Positions 32,219 to 41,522 of a DNA stretch of 64,000 nt are shown in pieces. Made by a program: the position numbers and the translations under genes. The notes below the pieces were generated by a model, which saw only the letters and a program-made list of their open reading frames with translations, was not told the origin of the DNA and did not search any database. The DNA comes from Spirochaetia bacterium (GTDB taxonomy: Bacteria > Spirochaetota > Spirochaetia > UBA9216): NCBI GenBank assembly GCA_963675665.1, contig OY776510.1:3232001-3296000 (forward strand). The letters are read 5' to 3'. Position 1 is the stretch's first letter. Each line of letters starts with the position of its first letter.

Positions 32219-32665
32219 TCAGGTGTTTAAAAGATGCTTCTTCATCATGACAATCCATCTGGCCGGAGATGGAATTCTGAAAGCCATACGGTCAAGTTCT
32301 GAATTATCGTTTTTAAAAGAAATTTGAATAACAGTATCATTTAACGGCTTGTCACAGAAGAAATCGGTGGTGCCAATCGATTTAATTGATTTAGCGGGAA
32401 TAAAAGCTTCCAGTCCGCCGAATCGCGAATGATAGTAAATACCGTCTTTTACCAGAGCAACAGCGCCGGTTTTTCGCAACGGTTTTTCAAGCTGACTTTC
32501 CTGGCCGAACCAGGTAACACCAAACGATGTAAGAACAATTTCATCAGTGCTGTATCTGGCGGAAAGATGTTTTGATTCAATATTTCTGATTACAGCCATC
32601 AGTATAACAATACCGAAAATTATTATGCCGAGTACTATCGGGGAAAGGTTTACAATCGTGTTCAT
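32219..32665 (-). CDS. Hypothetical single-TM protein
   Basis: 148 aa ORF with N-terminal hydrophobic helix; start overlaps the upstream ORF's stop. Confidence 0.6.
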   Translation of the reverse strand: MNTIVNLSPIVLGIIIFGIVILMAVIRNIESKHLSARYSTDEIVLTSFGVTWFGQESQLEKPLRKTGAVALVKDGIYYHSRFGGLEAFIPAKSIKSIGTTDFFCDKPLNDTVIQISFKNDNSELDRMAFRIPSPARWIVMMKKHLLNT

Positions 32666-33045
32666 CAGATCCTCTTGAGATATTTTAATGCTTTTCTATA
32701 GGCTATCTTTCTGGCAAAACTGTTTTCATTAAGTTTGTTAACAAAAGACAGCGCAATTTCTTGATCATTTTTACCTTTTTCTCTCAGTTTTTCAATATGT
32801 GATTTATTGTCAAGAAGAGACAAATAAACAGGATCTTTATCTGCCCTGCCTCCGCTGTTCATTATTATAACCAGAACAACAATTGAAAGCGATATTAACG
32901 CTGTTATCAGGAAATCCCAGCCCGGATCCGGAACAATATACCTTATGAAAGAATTCGGATTGCCTGTATTGAAGATTGAATACAAATCAAGAATCATCAG
33001 CACAGCGAGAGCTATGTAAAACGCAAGATGCTTATTTTTATTCAA
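32665..33045 (-). CDS. Hypothetical two-TM membrane protein
   Basis: 126 aa, TTG start after RBS GGAG, two hydrophobic segments. Confidence 0.6.
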   Translation of the reverse strand: MNKNKHLAFYIALAVLMILDLYSIFNTGNPNSFIRYIVPDPGWDFLITALISLSIVVLVIIMNSGGRADKDPVYLSLLDNKSHIEKLREKGKNDQEIALSFVNKLNENSFARKIAYRKALKYLKRI

Positions 33046-33136
33046 TTACTACTCCATGTATAAATATAATAAAGGGATGCCTGCCGGCAAAACCGGCTGA
33101 CATCCCGTATTTGAAAAATAAAAACTGAATTTTATT

Positions 33137-34660
33137 TTAGTTCATAACATGCCAGTTAGCATGTCCGACAGGAATTGCCGCCCATTCAGCTTCAGCTTTT
33201 TCCCATGCTTCATCGCTGGCTTCGGCTTCCCAAACGGTAAGACCTCTTTCTTCTCTGGTAGCACCGGGAAGAAGGTTGTCAAGAACCATTGTGATGATAG
33301 CCGTACAAGCCATACCTGTAGTAAGGATTGTCTGGAAAATGTTGGTAATTACAAACTGTCCCGAACCGGGATCGCCGCTTACCATTGATGCTGCATTAAA
33401 ATGAGCAGGAAGAGTAAGACCGGCGAAGAAACCTACACCGATAATGAAAAGGTTTCTGGCGTTGTTCAGATTGGTAAACTGCAGGTTGGAAAGACCGGTT
33501 GCAGCAATAAGTCCGAACATTGCGAAGAACAGAGCGCCTACTATCGGCTGGGGAAGGGTTGCGAGAACCATTCCGAATTTTCCAAAGAAAGGAAGAACAA
33601 GAAGAATAATACCTGCTGCACGGATAACGCGGCGGCTGGCAACTCTTGTCAGACCTATTGAACCGATATTTTCAGAATATGAAGTTGTACCGTTACATGT
33701 CTGGAAAATGGAAGCGATAAGACAGCCGACACCTTCAGCGCCGATACCCTTGGAGATAATCTTTGCTGTCGGTACGGGAGCTTCGGCAATTCGTGCACAT
33801 GAATAGTAGTCGCCTACAGATTCAATCATTGAACCGATGTATCCTGCAAGCATTCCGAGTGCTCCGGCTGCTGTTATTGCATTAAATGAAGGGAACCCCC
33901 ATTTGAAAGGAATAGCCGGTTTAATCCAGAAAACAGGTGCCGATGATATAAGTTCAATACCGTTTTTAAGGTTGGCAGGATTGCCTTCGGGAATAATTCC
34001 GCTTACAGTTCCAATCCAGGAGATAAGCCATCCAAGGATAACGGCAAGGAGAATCGGGAAAAGTGCAAATACTTTTGATTTTCTCGAAAAAATCTGGGAG
34101 AAAACTACGATTGCGGCAAAAGTTACCAGTGAGATAACCCAGTTGCCTGCCATCCACGGAGCGCCTACGCCGTACAGCGCAAGTCCTATCATTGCGATTG
34201 TAGGTCCGATTACTATCGGGCTGAATGCTCTTTTTATAAGTCCCATAAGCCCGGTATAACCGATTATGATTTCAAACAGCGATGCTATCATTACTGCAGC
34301 ACAAACCTGCTGTATCATAACCTCGTAACCTAAACCTTCGGCAGCACACATTCCTACTATTGCGAACATAGGGCCGAGGAATGAGAAAGTACCACCCTGC
34401 AGAATCGGTAGCCTGTTTCCGATCGGTGACTGCTGAATCAGGGTTGTAATTCCTGCACAGAAGAACATGGTTGAAATTAGAAGTGCGAGTTCTTCTGTAG
34501 GGAGACCCATAGCTCCTCCGACAATTATCGGAATAATTACAGTTGATCCAAACTGTGTCAGGAACTGCTGGGCGCCGAGAAGGAAAGAAAGTCCCCATTT
34601 CGGTTTAGTGCCGATAGGGTAAATTACCCATCCTTCACTTTTTTTTGCTTCGTCGCTCAT
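33137..34660 (-). CDS. NCS2/NAT nucleobase permease (uracil/xanthine family)
   Basis: 'GNRLPILQGGTFSF', 'ESVGDY', NAT signature 'SYSENIGSIGLTRVASRRV'; RBS GGAGG. Confidence 0.92.
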   Translation of the reverse strand: MSDEAKKSEGWVIYPIGTKPKWGLSFLLGAQQFLTQFGSTVIIPIIVGGAMGLPTEELALLISTMFFCAGITTLIQQSPIGNRLPILQGGTFSFLGPMFAIVGMCAAEGLGYEVMIQQVCAAVMIASLFEIIIGYTGLMGLIKRAFSPIVIGPTIAMIGLALYGVGAPWMAGNWVISLVTFAAIVVFSQIFSRKSKVFALFPILLAVILGWLISWIGTVSGIIPEGNPANLKNGIELISSAPVFWIKPAIPFKWGFPSFNAITAAGALGMLAGYIGSMIESVGDYYSCARIAEAPVPTAKIISKGIGAEGVGCLIASIFQTCNGTTSYSENIGSIGLTRVASRRVIRAAGIILLVLPFFGKFGMVLATLPQPIVGALFFAMFGLIAATGLSNLQFTNLNNARNLFIIGVGFFAGLTLPAHFNAASMVSGDPGSGQFVITNIFQTILTTGMACTAIITMVLDNLLPGATREERGLTVWEAEASDEAWEKAEAEWAAIPVGHANWHVMN

Positions 34661-34861
34661 AAATCCTCCAAAAAAATATTTTAAGAACAGAATTGTTTAT
34701 TCTGATTCTTGCAGAAAAAAAGGCGATCCTTTTTTTTGATTCTCCTGTATATAGATTTAATATCTGTAGACATGCGATTTTGTTTTTGAAGTATACATCC
34801 TACGTTAAACATAAATGGATACATTATCATAACTGTTACGCCTTAAAAAATCAATCATTAA

Positions 34862-34917
34862 TCAGACTCGTGTCAGACGTTAGATAGATTTTATTGCATA
34901 TTACGAAGATTCGTCAA
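34862..34917 (-). promoter_or_regulatory. Promoter for the NCS2 permease with GTCTGA boxes near +1
   Basis: TTGACG-N18-TAAAAT (34917-34888); TCAGAC at 34862 and TGTCAGAC at 34871. Confidence 0.5.
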
Positions 34918-34977
34918 GTTAAATTTATCAAAAAATGTTTGCGCTAAAAAAAACTCAACATTTTACAATATATAGCC

Positions 34978-35040
34978 TTGACCTGAGCCGGAAAGGGTAT
35001 TATGGTGTGTCTATGATCGTTTAGGTCATTGTCTGACAAT
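34978..35040 (+). promoter_or_regulatory. Promoter plus palindromic GntR/FadR-like operator for the ALDH-aminotransferase operon
   Basis: TTGACC-N17-TATGGT (34978-35006); palindrome ATTGTC-T-GACAAT (35028-35040). Confidence 0.6.
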
Positions 35041-35069
35041 ATATATAATAGAGGTGGAGGTAAGCTGAT

Positions 35070-36464
35070 ATGGCAGATCCTAAAGAAGCTGCTGCTTATA
35101 TAGCAGGTTTGGTAGAAAGAGCACGTTCTGCTCAGAAGAAAATTGAGTTTGCAACACAGGAACAGGTTGATGAAATGTGTGTGCGAATTGCCTGGGCCGG
35201 ATGTAAACCGGATTTTGCGAAGAAACTGGGTGATTTTGCCGCAGAAGAATCAGGAATGGGTTACGGACCTGATAAGGTCGGAAAGATTTATGCAAAAGTA
35301 AAAGGTACTCTTCGTGATATGAGAGGACAGAAATCTGTCGGTCTCGTAGAAGTCGATGAAGAGAAAGGTCTGTTGAAATACGCGAAACCGGTCGGTGTTA
35401 TCGGCGCGCTGGTACCATGCACAAATCCTGAGGCAACTCCTTTCGCAAAAGCTCTGAGTGCAATCAAAACCAGGAATGCTATTATTCTTGCTCCACACCC
35501 TAGAACAAAGGCAACCAATAAAATGGCTGTCGATACAATCAGGGCAACTTTGAAAGCAAATAATTTTCCGGAAGACCTCGTAATCGGTATTGAAGAAGTT
35601 TCAGTAGAATCAAGCAATGAACTCATGAAGCAGACTGATCTGGTTCTTGCAACAGGCGGTGCGGGAATGGTTAAGGCCGCTTATTCAAGCGGAACTCCCG
35701 CTTATGGTGTAGGCGCCGGTAATGCGGTAAGTATTATTGCTGATGATGCAGACCTCGCAGATGCGGCAAACAAGATTAAAAGATCCAAAATATTTGATCA
35801 TGCCACAAGCTGTTCTACTGAAAACTGCGTGCTTATCCAGGAAGATCTTTACGATGACATGATCAAGGCTCTTGAGGCTGAAGGCGGATATCTTGCAGCA
35901 GGAGACGAGAAAAAGGCGCTTCAGGCTGTTATGTGGGAAAACGGTGTGCTTTCAAGAAATATTGTAGCTCAGCCTGCCCAGAAAATCGGAAAACTTGCAA
36001 AACTAAAAATGGGCGAAGACAAATGCTTTATCATGGTCCCTGAAACGGGAGTGGGTAAGGAACATCCTTTCTCCGGAGAAAAGTTGTCGCCGGTTACTAC
36101 ACTATATAAATATAAAACATTTGATGATGCTGTTCAGCTTGTTAATGATATTACGGATTACTCCGGTGCCGGACATTCCTGCGGAATACATACTTTCGAC
36201 AAGAGAAAGGTCAAGGAGCTCGGACGAAGAGTCAAGGTTGCCAGAATTATGGTTAACCAGCCGCAGTGTCTTGCAAACTCAGGTGCCTGGACAAACGGAA
36301 TGCCGATGTCAATGACTCTCGGTTGCGGAACCTGGGGAGGTAATATCGCTTCGGAAAACATAACCTGGAAAAACCTTCTCAACTATACCTGGGTTTCATT
36401 TGAAATTGAAAGCACAATGCCGAGTGATGAAGATCTTTTCGGCAAGATTATGTATGAAGCATAA
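35070..36464 (+). CDS. CoA-acylating aldehyde dehydrogenase (SauS/EutE-like)
   Basis: 'PCTNP', 'ATGGAGMVKAAYSSG', 'GVGAGN', 'SKIFDHATSCSTEN', 'EKLSP', 'GCGTWGGN'. Confidence 0.88.
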   Translation: MADPKEAAAYIAGLVERARSAQKKIEFATQEQVDEMCVRIAWAGCKPDFAKKLGDFAAEESGMGYGPDKVGKIYAKVKGTLRDMRGQKSVGLVEVDEEKGLLKYAKPVGVIGALVPCTNPEATPFAKALSAIKTRNAIILAPHPRTKATNKMAVDTIRATLKANNFPEDLVIGIEEVSVESSNELMKQTDLVLATGGAGMVKAAYSSGTPAYGVGAGNAVSIIADDADLADAANKIKRSKIFDHATSCSTENCVLIQEDLYDDMIKALEAEGGYLAAGDEKKALQAVMWENGVLSRNIVAQPAQKIGKLAKLKMGEDKCFIMVPETGVGKEHPFSGEKLSPVTTLYKYKTFDDAVQLVNDITDYSGAGHSCGIHTFDKRKVKELGRRVKVARIMVNQPQCLANSGAWTNGMPMSMTLGCGTWGGNIASENITWKNLLNYTWVSFEIESTMPSDEDLFGKIMYEA

Positions 36465-36498
36465 TTAAATTAAAAGATCGGAAACAAGGAGAAATATC

Positions 36499-37821
36499 AT
36501 GGCTGGTGAAGAAATCAGGGCACTTGATAAAAAATATAACATGCATTCCTGGAGTGCGCAGAAGGCGCTCAATCCCATAGTAGTTGAAAAGGCTGAAGGA
36601 ATATTCTTCTGGGATGCAGACGGTAAAAAATATTATGACATGTCGGCACAGCTTGTTAATATGAACGTCGGACACGGAAATAAAAAAATTATTAAGGCAA
36701 TACAGGAGCAGGCAGAGAAAATGCCTTTTATGGGACCTGCTTATGCCGTTGATGTACGGGCTGAGCTTGCAAGAAAAATTATTGAAGAAATAGTTCCCGG
36801 TATGGGAAAGGTCTTTTTTACAAATGCAGGCGCCGAAGCCAATGAAAATGCCATCAAGATGGCCAGAATGGTTACAGGTAAGAATAAAATTTTCAGCGGA
36901 TACCGTTCATATCACGGCGCTACCTACGGCGCTGCCAATCTGACGGGTGAGCCGAGAAGATTTCCGTCAGAACCCGGAATCCCGGGTTTTATTAAGTTCT
37001 TTAATCCGTATATTGAACGGGAACCTGTCATAAAGTTCGAAAGTGAAGAACAATACTCAAAGTACTGCCTGGCCAAACTTGAAGAGCAGATAATCTGGGA
37101 AGGCAGAAATGATGTAGCCGCAATTTTTCTTGAAACTGTTGTCGGTTCAAACGGCGTTCTTGTTCCGCCCAAGGGCTATCTCGAAGGCGTCAGGGCTCTT
37201 TGCGATAAATACGGAATTATGATGGTCTGTGATGAGGTTATGGCAGGTTGGGGCAGAACCGGTGAATGGTTTGCGTTTATGAACTGGGATGTAATGCCGG
37301 ACATGATAAGCTTTGCTAAAGGTATAACCTGCGGTTATGCACCAATAGGCGGAGTTATTGTCTCCAGGGCAATTGCTGACCACTTTGAAGAAAACGTACT
37401 TTTTTGCGGTCTTACCTACAGCGCACACCTGCTCGGATGTGCAGCCGGTATTGCAACTATTGAAGTTTACAAGGAACTTGACCTTATCAATAGATCCAAA
37501 GAAATGGGGAAAGTTCTTGCTGCAAAGATGGCTGAGCTTCAGAAAAAACACCCGTCAGTCGGCCCGTGCAGAAATATCGGTTTGTTCGGAATGGTTGAAT
37601 TTGTAGATAAAGAAAACGGACCGCTCGTTCCATATGCTGCAGATCCGAAAGGTTTTATGAAGCAGATTGTAGGGAAACTCAGAGAGAATGGTTTTACAAC
37701 CTACTCTCATGAGAATATGATTTCTGTTTCTCCGCCGCTGATTATTACGGAACAGGAGCTTTCGGAAGCATTTGAGATACTTGACAAGGTTTGTTCCTGG
37801 GTTGATGAAAATCTGCTGTAG
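36499..37821 (+). CDS. Class III aminotransferase (beta-alanine/taurine:2-oxoacid type, PydD-like)
   Basis: 'AEANENAIK', 'SYHG', 'DEVMAGWGRTG', PLP-Lys in 'FAKG', 'GLTYSAH'. Confidence 0.88.
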   Translation: MAGEEIRALDKKYNMHSWSAQKALNPIVVEKAEGIFFWDADGKKYYDMSAQLVNMNVGHGNKKIIKAIQEQAEKMPFMGPAYAVDVRAELARKIIEEIVPGMGKVFFTNAGAEANENAIKMARMVTGKNKIFSGYRSYHGATYGAANLTGEPRRFPSEPGIPGFIKFFNPYIEREPVIKFESEEQYSKYCLAKLEEQIIWEGRNDVAAIFLETVVGSNGVLVPPKGYLEGVRALCDKYGIMMVCDEVMAGWGRTGEWFAFMNWDVMPDMISFAKGITCGYAPIGGVIVSRAIADHFEENVLFCGLTYSAHLLGCAAGIATIEVYKELDLINRSKEMGKVLAAKMAELQKKHPSVGPCRNIGLFGMVEFVDKENGPLVPYAADPKGFMKQIVGKLRENGFTTYSHENMISVSPPLIITEQELSEAFEILDKVCSWVDENLL

Positions 37822-37857
37822 GTGCTGATCTGAAAAAACACAGATAATATTTTTGAT

Positions 37858-37895
37858 AAAAAGCTGTTCCCCCGGCGGGAACAGCTTTTTTATTT
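37858..37895. terminator. Bidirectional intrinsic terminator
   Basis: AAAAAGCTGTTCCC...GGGAACAGCTTTTT. Confidence 0.85.
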
Positions 37896-38243
37896 TTCAG
37901 CCAAAGTAACAGTAGCAGTATATGTAATGCTGTCGCCCTGCTGTGAGGTCACAATAAAATAAACAGGTCTGCTGAAATTAAGAACGGACCCGGATGCAGG
38001 CATAATATCGGAGCCGTCCATCATTTCAATGGTAGGTCTCAATGAAGTAATATCGGTTTTATCAGGAAATTCGGCAGTGATGCTGGTTCCGGTGACAACG
38101 GCATAAACAGTAGCATCAAGCATCTGATTATCAATTACTGAGAATAAAAAACTTGTTATCAGCACTGTTTCAGGCGGGTTAATGTTGTTGCAGCCCCAAA
38201 AAAAGACGACAACTGATAATATTAAAATAAACCTTTTTTTCAT
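37890..38243 (-). CDS. Small lipoprotein with Ig-like (DUF5018-like) domain
   Basis: Lipobox 'FWGC'; 'DITSLRPTI', 'PASG', 'NFSRPVYFIVTS'. Confidence 0.65.
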   Translation of the reverse strand: MKKRFILILSVVVFFWGCNNINPPETVLITSFLFSVIDNQMLDATVYAVVTGTSITAEFPDKTDITSLRPTIEMMDGSDIMPASGSVLNFSRPVYFIVTSQQGDSITYTATVTLAEK

Positions 38244-38296
38244 GCATATATTATATACCCGCAGAGGCCGGAATTCTAATAAAATATGCAGATGAA

Positions 38297-39076
38297 CTAC
38301 AGAAACGACTCTATAAGCTGTATCCTGGACTGATAGTATTCCTTTCTTCTACGGTTGAACTCTCCGGGATCCCCGGAGAGTCCTGTCGATGCAGGTTTGA
38401 GTTTTTTGAATTTATCCTGCAGGGATGTCAGAAGATCCTGCCAGCTCATATCGGAATGGATACTTGATTTCGGAGCATAATTCATTACATTCAAATAATC
38501 TCCTCCGCTTTTTTTGCGAATTAATGCCAGCATAACAAGATCCTGCGGACTCAATTCGGCAAGCATATCATCCAAATTACCTTCATTGTCATAGAGATCG
38601 CGGTAAAAGGACAAAAATTCCTTTTCTGCTTTCGTGTAGTCGCCCATTTCAAAATATAGTTCAGGCAGCAGTGTGATTCCCCGTTTAAGCATATATTCCC
38701 TGCATATTTCAGTATCAAGAAGCTGTTCAGCTTTTTCAAGTTCACCGTGTTCAAGGTAAGTTGACCCTATAAAAAAACCGAGTATGACATCATTAGTCTT
38801 TTGGTAGCCGTCGGAAATAACTTCAAACCTGCTTTTTATATTCTCAGCTTCGCTGTAGTTAAGAAAATATTCAAGGTACACTTCGGGCTGCATAGGGTAT
38901 TTATGCAGTGCTTTTATCAGCAGGGAATCGGATTTATCAATTTCTTTTCTGCTGCGGTAGTAAAGAGCGCTGTCTATAAGTCTTTTCCAGGGGGCGGTTG
39001 AGATATATGGAACAACAACCCTGAAAAATATTACAAGAAGAAAAAGTGCGCCGGGCAGAAATAATAATTTTAGCAT
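38297..39076 (-). CDS. Membrane-anchored TPR-like protein
   Basis: N-terminal TM helix; TPR-like 'YLEHGELEKAEQLL', 'YFEMGDYTKAEK'. Confidence 0.6.
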   Translation of the reverse strand: MLKLLFLPGALFLLVIFFRVVVPYISTAPWKRLIDSALYYRSRKEIDKSDSLLIKALHKYPMQPEVYLEYFLNYSEAENIKSRFEVISDGYQKTNDVILGFFIGSTYLEHGELEKAEQLLDTEICREYMLKRGITLLPELYFEMGDYTKAEKEFLSFYRDLYDNEGNLDDMLAELSPQDLVMLALIRKKSGGDYLNVMNYAPKSSIHSDMSWQDLLTSLQDKFKKLKPASTGLSGDPGEFNRRRKEYYQSRIQLIESFL

Positions 39077-39103
39077 TATAACTCCTGTAAATAAAAATTC
39101 CGA

Positions 39104-39625
39104 TTAAAGAAGTTGAAATTTTCCGGTAACGGCATCAACAATAACCTTGAAGCTGTGTCTTTCACGGTTTGTACATTTTACAATCCAGAAGGGTTTATAA
39201 ACAAGTCTTTCCTCTATAATTTCGGAATCAGGTGCAAAAAGAACCCTGGAATTGTGAATTGATGCATGTGTAAGATATGTTTTTGCAGTTTTAAAAGCTT
39301 CATCCCGGTTGTAATCATGCTCAAGAACGCAGTCTTTAAGCACTTCAATATCGCAGAGGTCGAACTTGTCGGTAGTAGCCGCATGATTATTAATAAGATC
39401 GACAAGGCAGGAAGCCTTTATGCTTCTGCTTTTACCAAAAAGTGTTTTAATTGTGTAAGAAAAAAGGAACCAGTGATAAGGGTAGTAGATAATCTTCTGG
39501 ACCTGAACTGAATGCTGCTCTGAGTGCTTTAATACAATATTCTTTGCTTCATTTTGTTCAATATCATGCGCTATCGCAGCAATAAGAGTTTTTACGGAAC
39601 GAGTATCAGCAGTATCTTCAGGCAT
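39104..39625 (-). CDS. Hypothetical protein downstream of the symporter
   Basis: 173 aa with RBS GGAG; internally repeated 'Y-x-P-[YF]...VD' motifs. Confidence 0.6.
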   Translation of the reverse strand: MPEDTADTRSVKTLIAAIAHDIEQNEAKNIVLKHSEQHSVQVQKIIYYPYHWFLFSYTIKTLFGKSRSIKASCLVDLINNHAATTDKFDLCDIEVLKDCVLEHDYNRDEAFKTAKTYLTHASIHNSRVLFAPDSEIIEERLVYKPFWIVKCTNRERHSFKVIVDAVTGKFQLL

Positions 39626-39691
39626 CAGGTTAAACTCCCAAAAAGACCGCCCCGCAATGGGGGCGGAATAAACAGTTCTGCGACGAACAAA

Positions 39692-41239
39692 TTATTTGTC
39701 TATTTTTTTATTTATGCCGCTTGCTTCCTGAGCAAGGTTAAAATCTGATTTTGCAAGCATATCTTTGGGGATAGGCCCGATTTTAATTGCTTCATCCATT
39801 GCTTTAACAATATGGTCTGCTACAGGATGTGAGTTTTGTGTTGCAAGACTCACAATTATCATAAGAGCCCATGATATAACAAGGCCTCCCAACATCGGGT
39901 TGATGGGTATTCCTAATTTTTCAAGCAGAAATGCAGTCAATGCGCCGCCGATTATCGATGCAAGGGCGCCCGGTGTATTTGCTTTCTTCCACCAAACCGC
40001 ACAAACGTAAGCAGGCATGAACGCGCTACCAAGTACGGAAGTAGTGAATACTACAACTGCAAAGATTCCCGGAGGGCTGAACAGGGCGATAACAAGACCG
40101 ACAATACCAATTACGGCTACGAGAATCCGTGAAACCCAGACCATCTGCTTGTCGGAAGCTTTCGGGTTAAAAAATCGCTGAAAGATATCCCTTGATGCAA
40201 CTGTTCCTACCTGAAGCAGGATTGAATCTGCAGTAGACATTATAGCCGCCATGATGGCTGCCATAACAATACCGGTTACGGCTGCCGGCAGGAGAGTTCC
40301 CGCTAATGTAAAAATGGCCATTTCGGGATCAGCAAGATTCGGAAGAACAATAATTGCGAAAATACCAAGAAGGTAAGGGGCCGTTACAAAGAAAAGGTTC
40401 CAGATTGTCGAATAAACACCGGCCATACGGGCGGTTTTTGGACTGTCCATAGCCATATGTCTTGTAACAACATGAGGCCAACCCATGTACCCGACAGAGA
40501 AAATAAGTACGGCTCCCAGTAAATCGCTCCATGCGTACTGGTTTGCAAGATCTTTACCCCAGATTGAGAGATAAGTCATGTCTATTTTGCCTATCGCTTC
40601 ATTGACAGCTGTAAAACCTCCTACATGGCTCAAGGTAGCTGCAAAAATCCAGATCATACCTACAACCATTACAAGGCTCTGAAAAAAGTCGGTATATGCA
40701 ACAGCGAAGTAACCGCCCATGAAGGTATAAAGCATGATAATACCGACAGCAATTGCGAGAGCAGCGCCATACGGAAGCCCGGTTACAAGAGCCATGCCCT
40801 TACCGCCAGCTATAAACTGTGCCAGAACATAGAAAAATAAAAGGAAGACAGACAAACTTCCGGCTATCAGGCGTGTAGCCGGGTGAGGGTATCGATGTTC
40901 AAGATACTCGATAGATGTTAAAGAGCCGAGAATCTTGGACAATTTTCTCATTCTTCGGCCGATAACGGAAAGGTTTACAACACCGCCGCCGATATCACCG
41001 GCTGCGTACCATATCGACCAGTAACCGGTTGTGTAACCGGCGGAACCGCCGCCCAGAAACATGTAGCCGCTCATGGAAGTCGACTGAAGGGTCATTGCAG
41101 TTACCAGAGGGCCGACTTTACGTCCTCCCAGCAGATAACCTTCAAGGTCCTTTGCTCCTCCCTTTTTTACTGCCCAAAAACCGATTCCAACTACAACAAC
41201 ATAATAAATAACAAGAAAAACAAGAACAACAGGGTTCAT
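39692..41239 (-). CDS. Sodium:solute symporter (PutP-like)
   Basis: 'YLLGGR', 'SMSGY', 'YTFMGG...TDFFQ', 'GWPH', 'AAIMSTADS'; many TM helices. Confidence 0.92.
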   Translation of the reverse strand: MNPVVLVFLVIYYVVVVGIGFWAVKKGGAKDLEGYLLGGRKVGPLVTAMTLQSTSMSGYMFLGGGSAGYTTGYWSIWYAAGDIGGGVVNLSVIGRRMRKLSKILGSLTSIEYLEHRYPHPATRLIAGSLSVFLLFFYVLAQFIAGGKGMALVTGLPYGAALAIAVGIIMLYTFMGGYFAVAYTDFFQSLVMVVGMIWIFAATLSHVGGFTAVNEAIGKIDMTYLSIWGKDLANQYAWSDLLGAVLIFSVGYMGWPHVVTRHMAMDSPKTARMAGVYSTIWNLFFVTAPYLLGIFAIIVLPNLADPEMAIFTLAGTLLPAAVTGIVMAAIMAAIMSTADSILLQVGTVASRDIFQRFFNPKASDKQMVWVSRILVAVIGIVGLVIALFSPPGIFAVVVFTTSVLGSAFMPAYVCAVWWKKANTPGALASIIGGALTAFLLEKLGIPINPMLGGLVISWALMIIVSLATQNSHPVADHIVKAMDEAIKIGPIPKDMLAKSDFNLAQEASGINKKIDK

Positions 41240-41373
41240 TACTTGTTACCTCCCTGGTTTTCAGAGTCATCTACCCAGTTCCGGGTTTTTATAAAGAAGA
41301 TCAGAGTGTAAATAATCCAGAAGAGTGGGAATCCAAACAACACTAATGCCGTGAGTCCAGGTAATCCAAACAT
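41239..41373 (-). CDS. 44-aa single-TM symporter accessory peptide (not in the ORF track)
   Basis: RBS GGAGG; MFGLPGLTALVLFGFPLFWIIYTLIFFIKTRNWVDDSENQGGNK*; TAATG overlap with the symporter start. Confidence 0.75.
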   Translation of the reverse strand: MFGLPGLTALVLFGFPLFWIIYTLIFFIKTRNWVDDSENQGGNK

Positions 41374-41420
41374 ACTTCCTCCAAAAAGTTTTATTTAGGT
41401 ACTACATACCATAAAAACAG

Positions 41421-41517
41421 GTTATATGTGATTGGAAATTTCTGTCAAGCAGAAAAAGCGCACAATTTATCCACTTAAATCCCACAATTTGAAAAAAAAA
41501 CTCTTTTACTATATAAT
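41421..41517. promoter_or_regulatory. Back-to-back sigma70 promoters with 11-bp-phased CAC repeats between them
   Basis: Minus: TTGACA-N16-TATAAC (41448-41421). Plus: TTGAAA-N17-TATAAT (41489-41517). CAC at 41461, 41472, 41483. Confidence 0.6.
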
Positions 41518-41522
41518 GAGAT

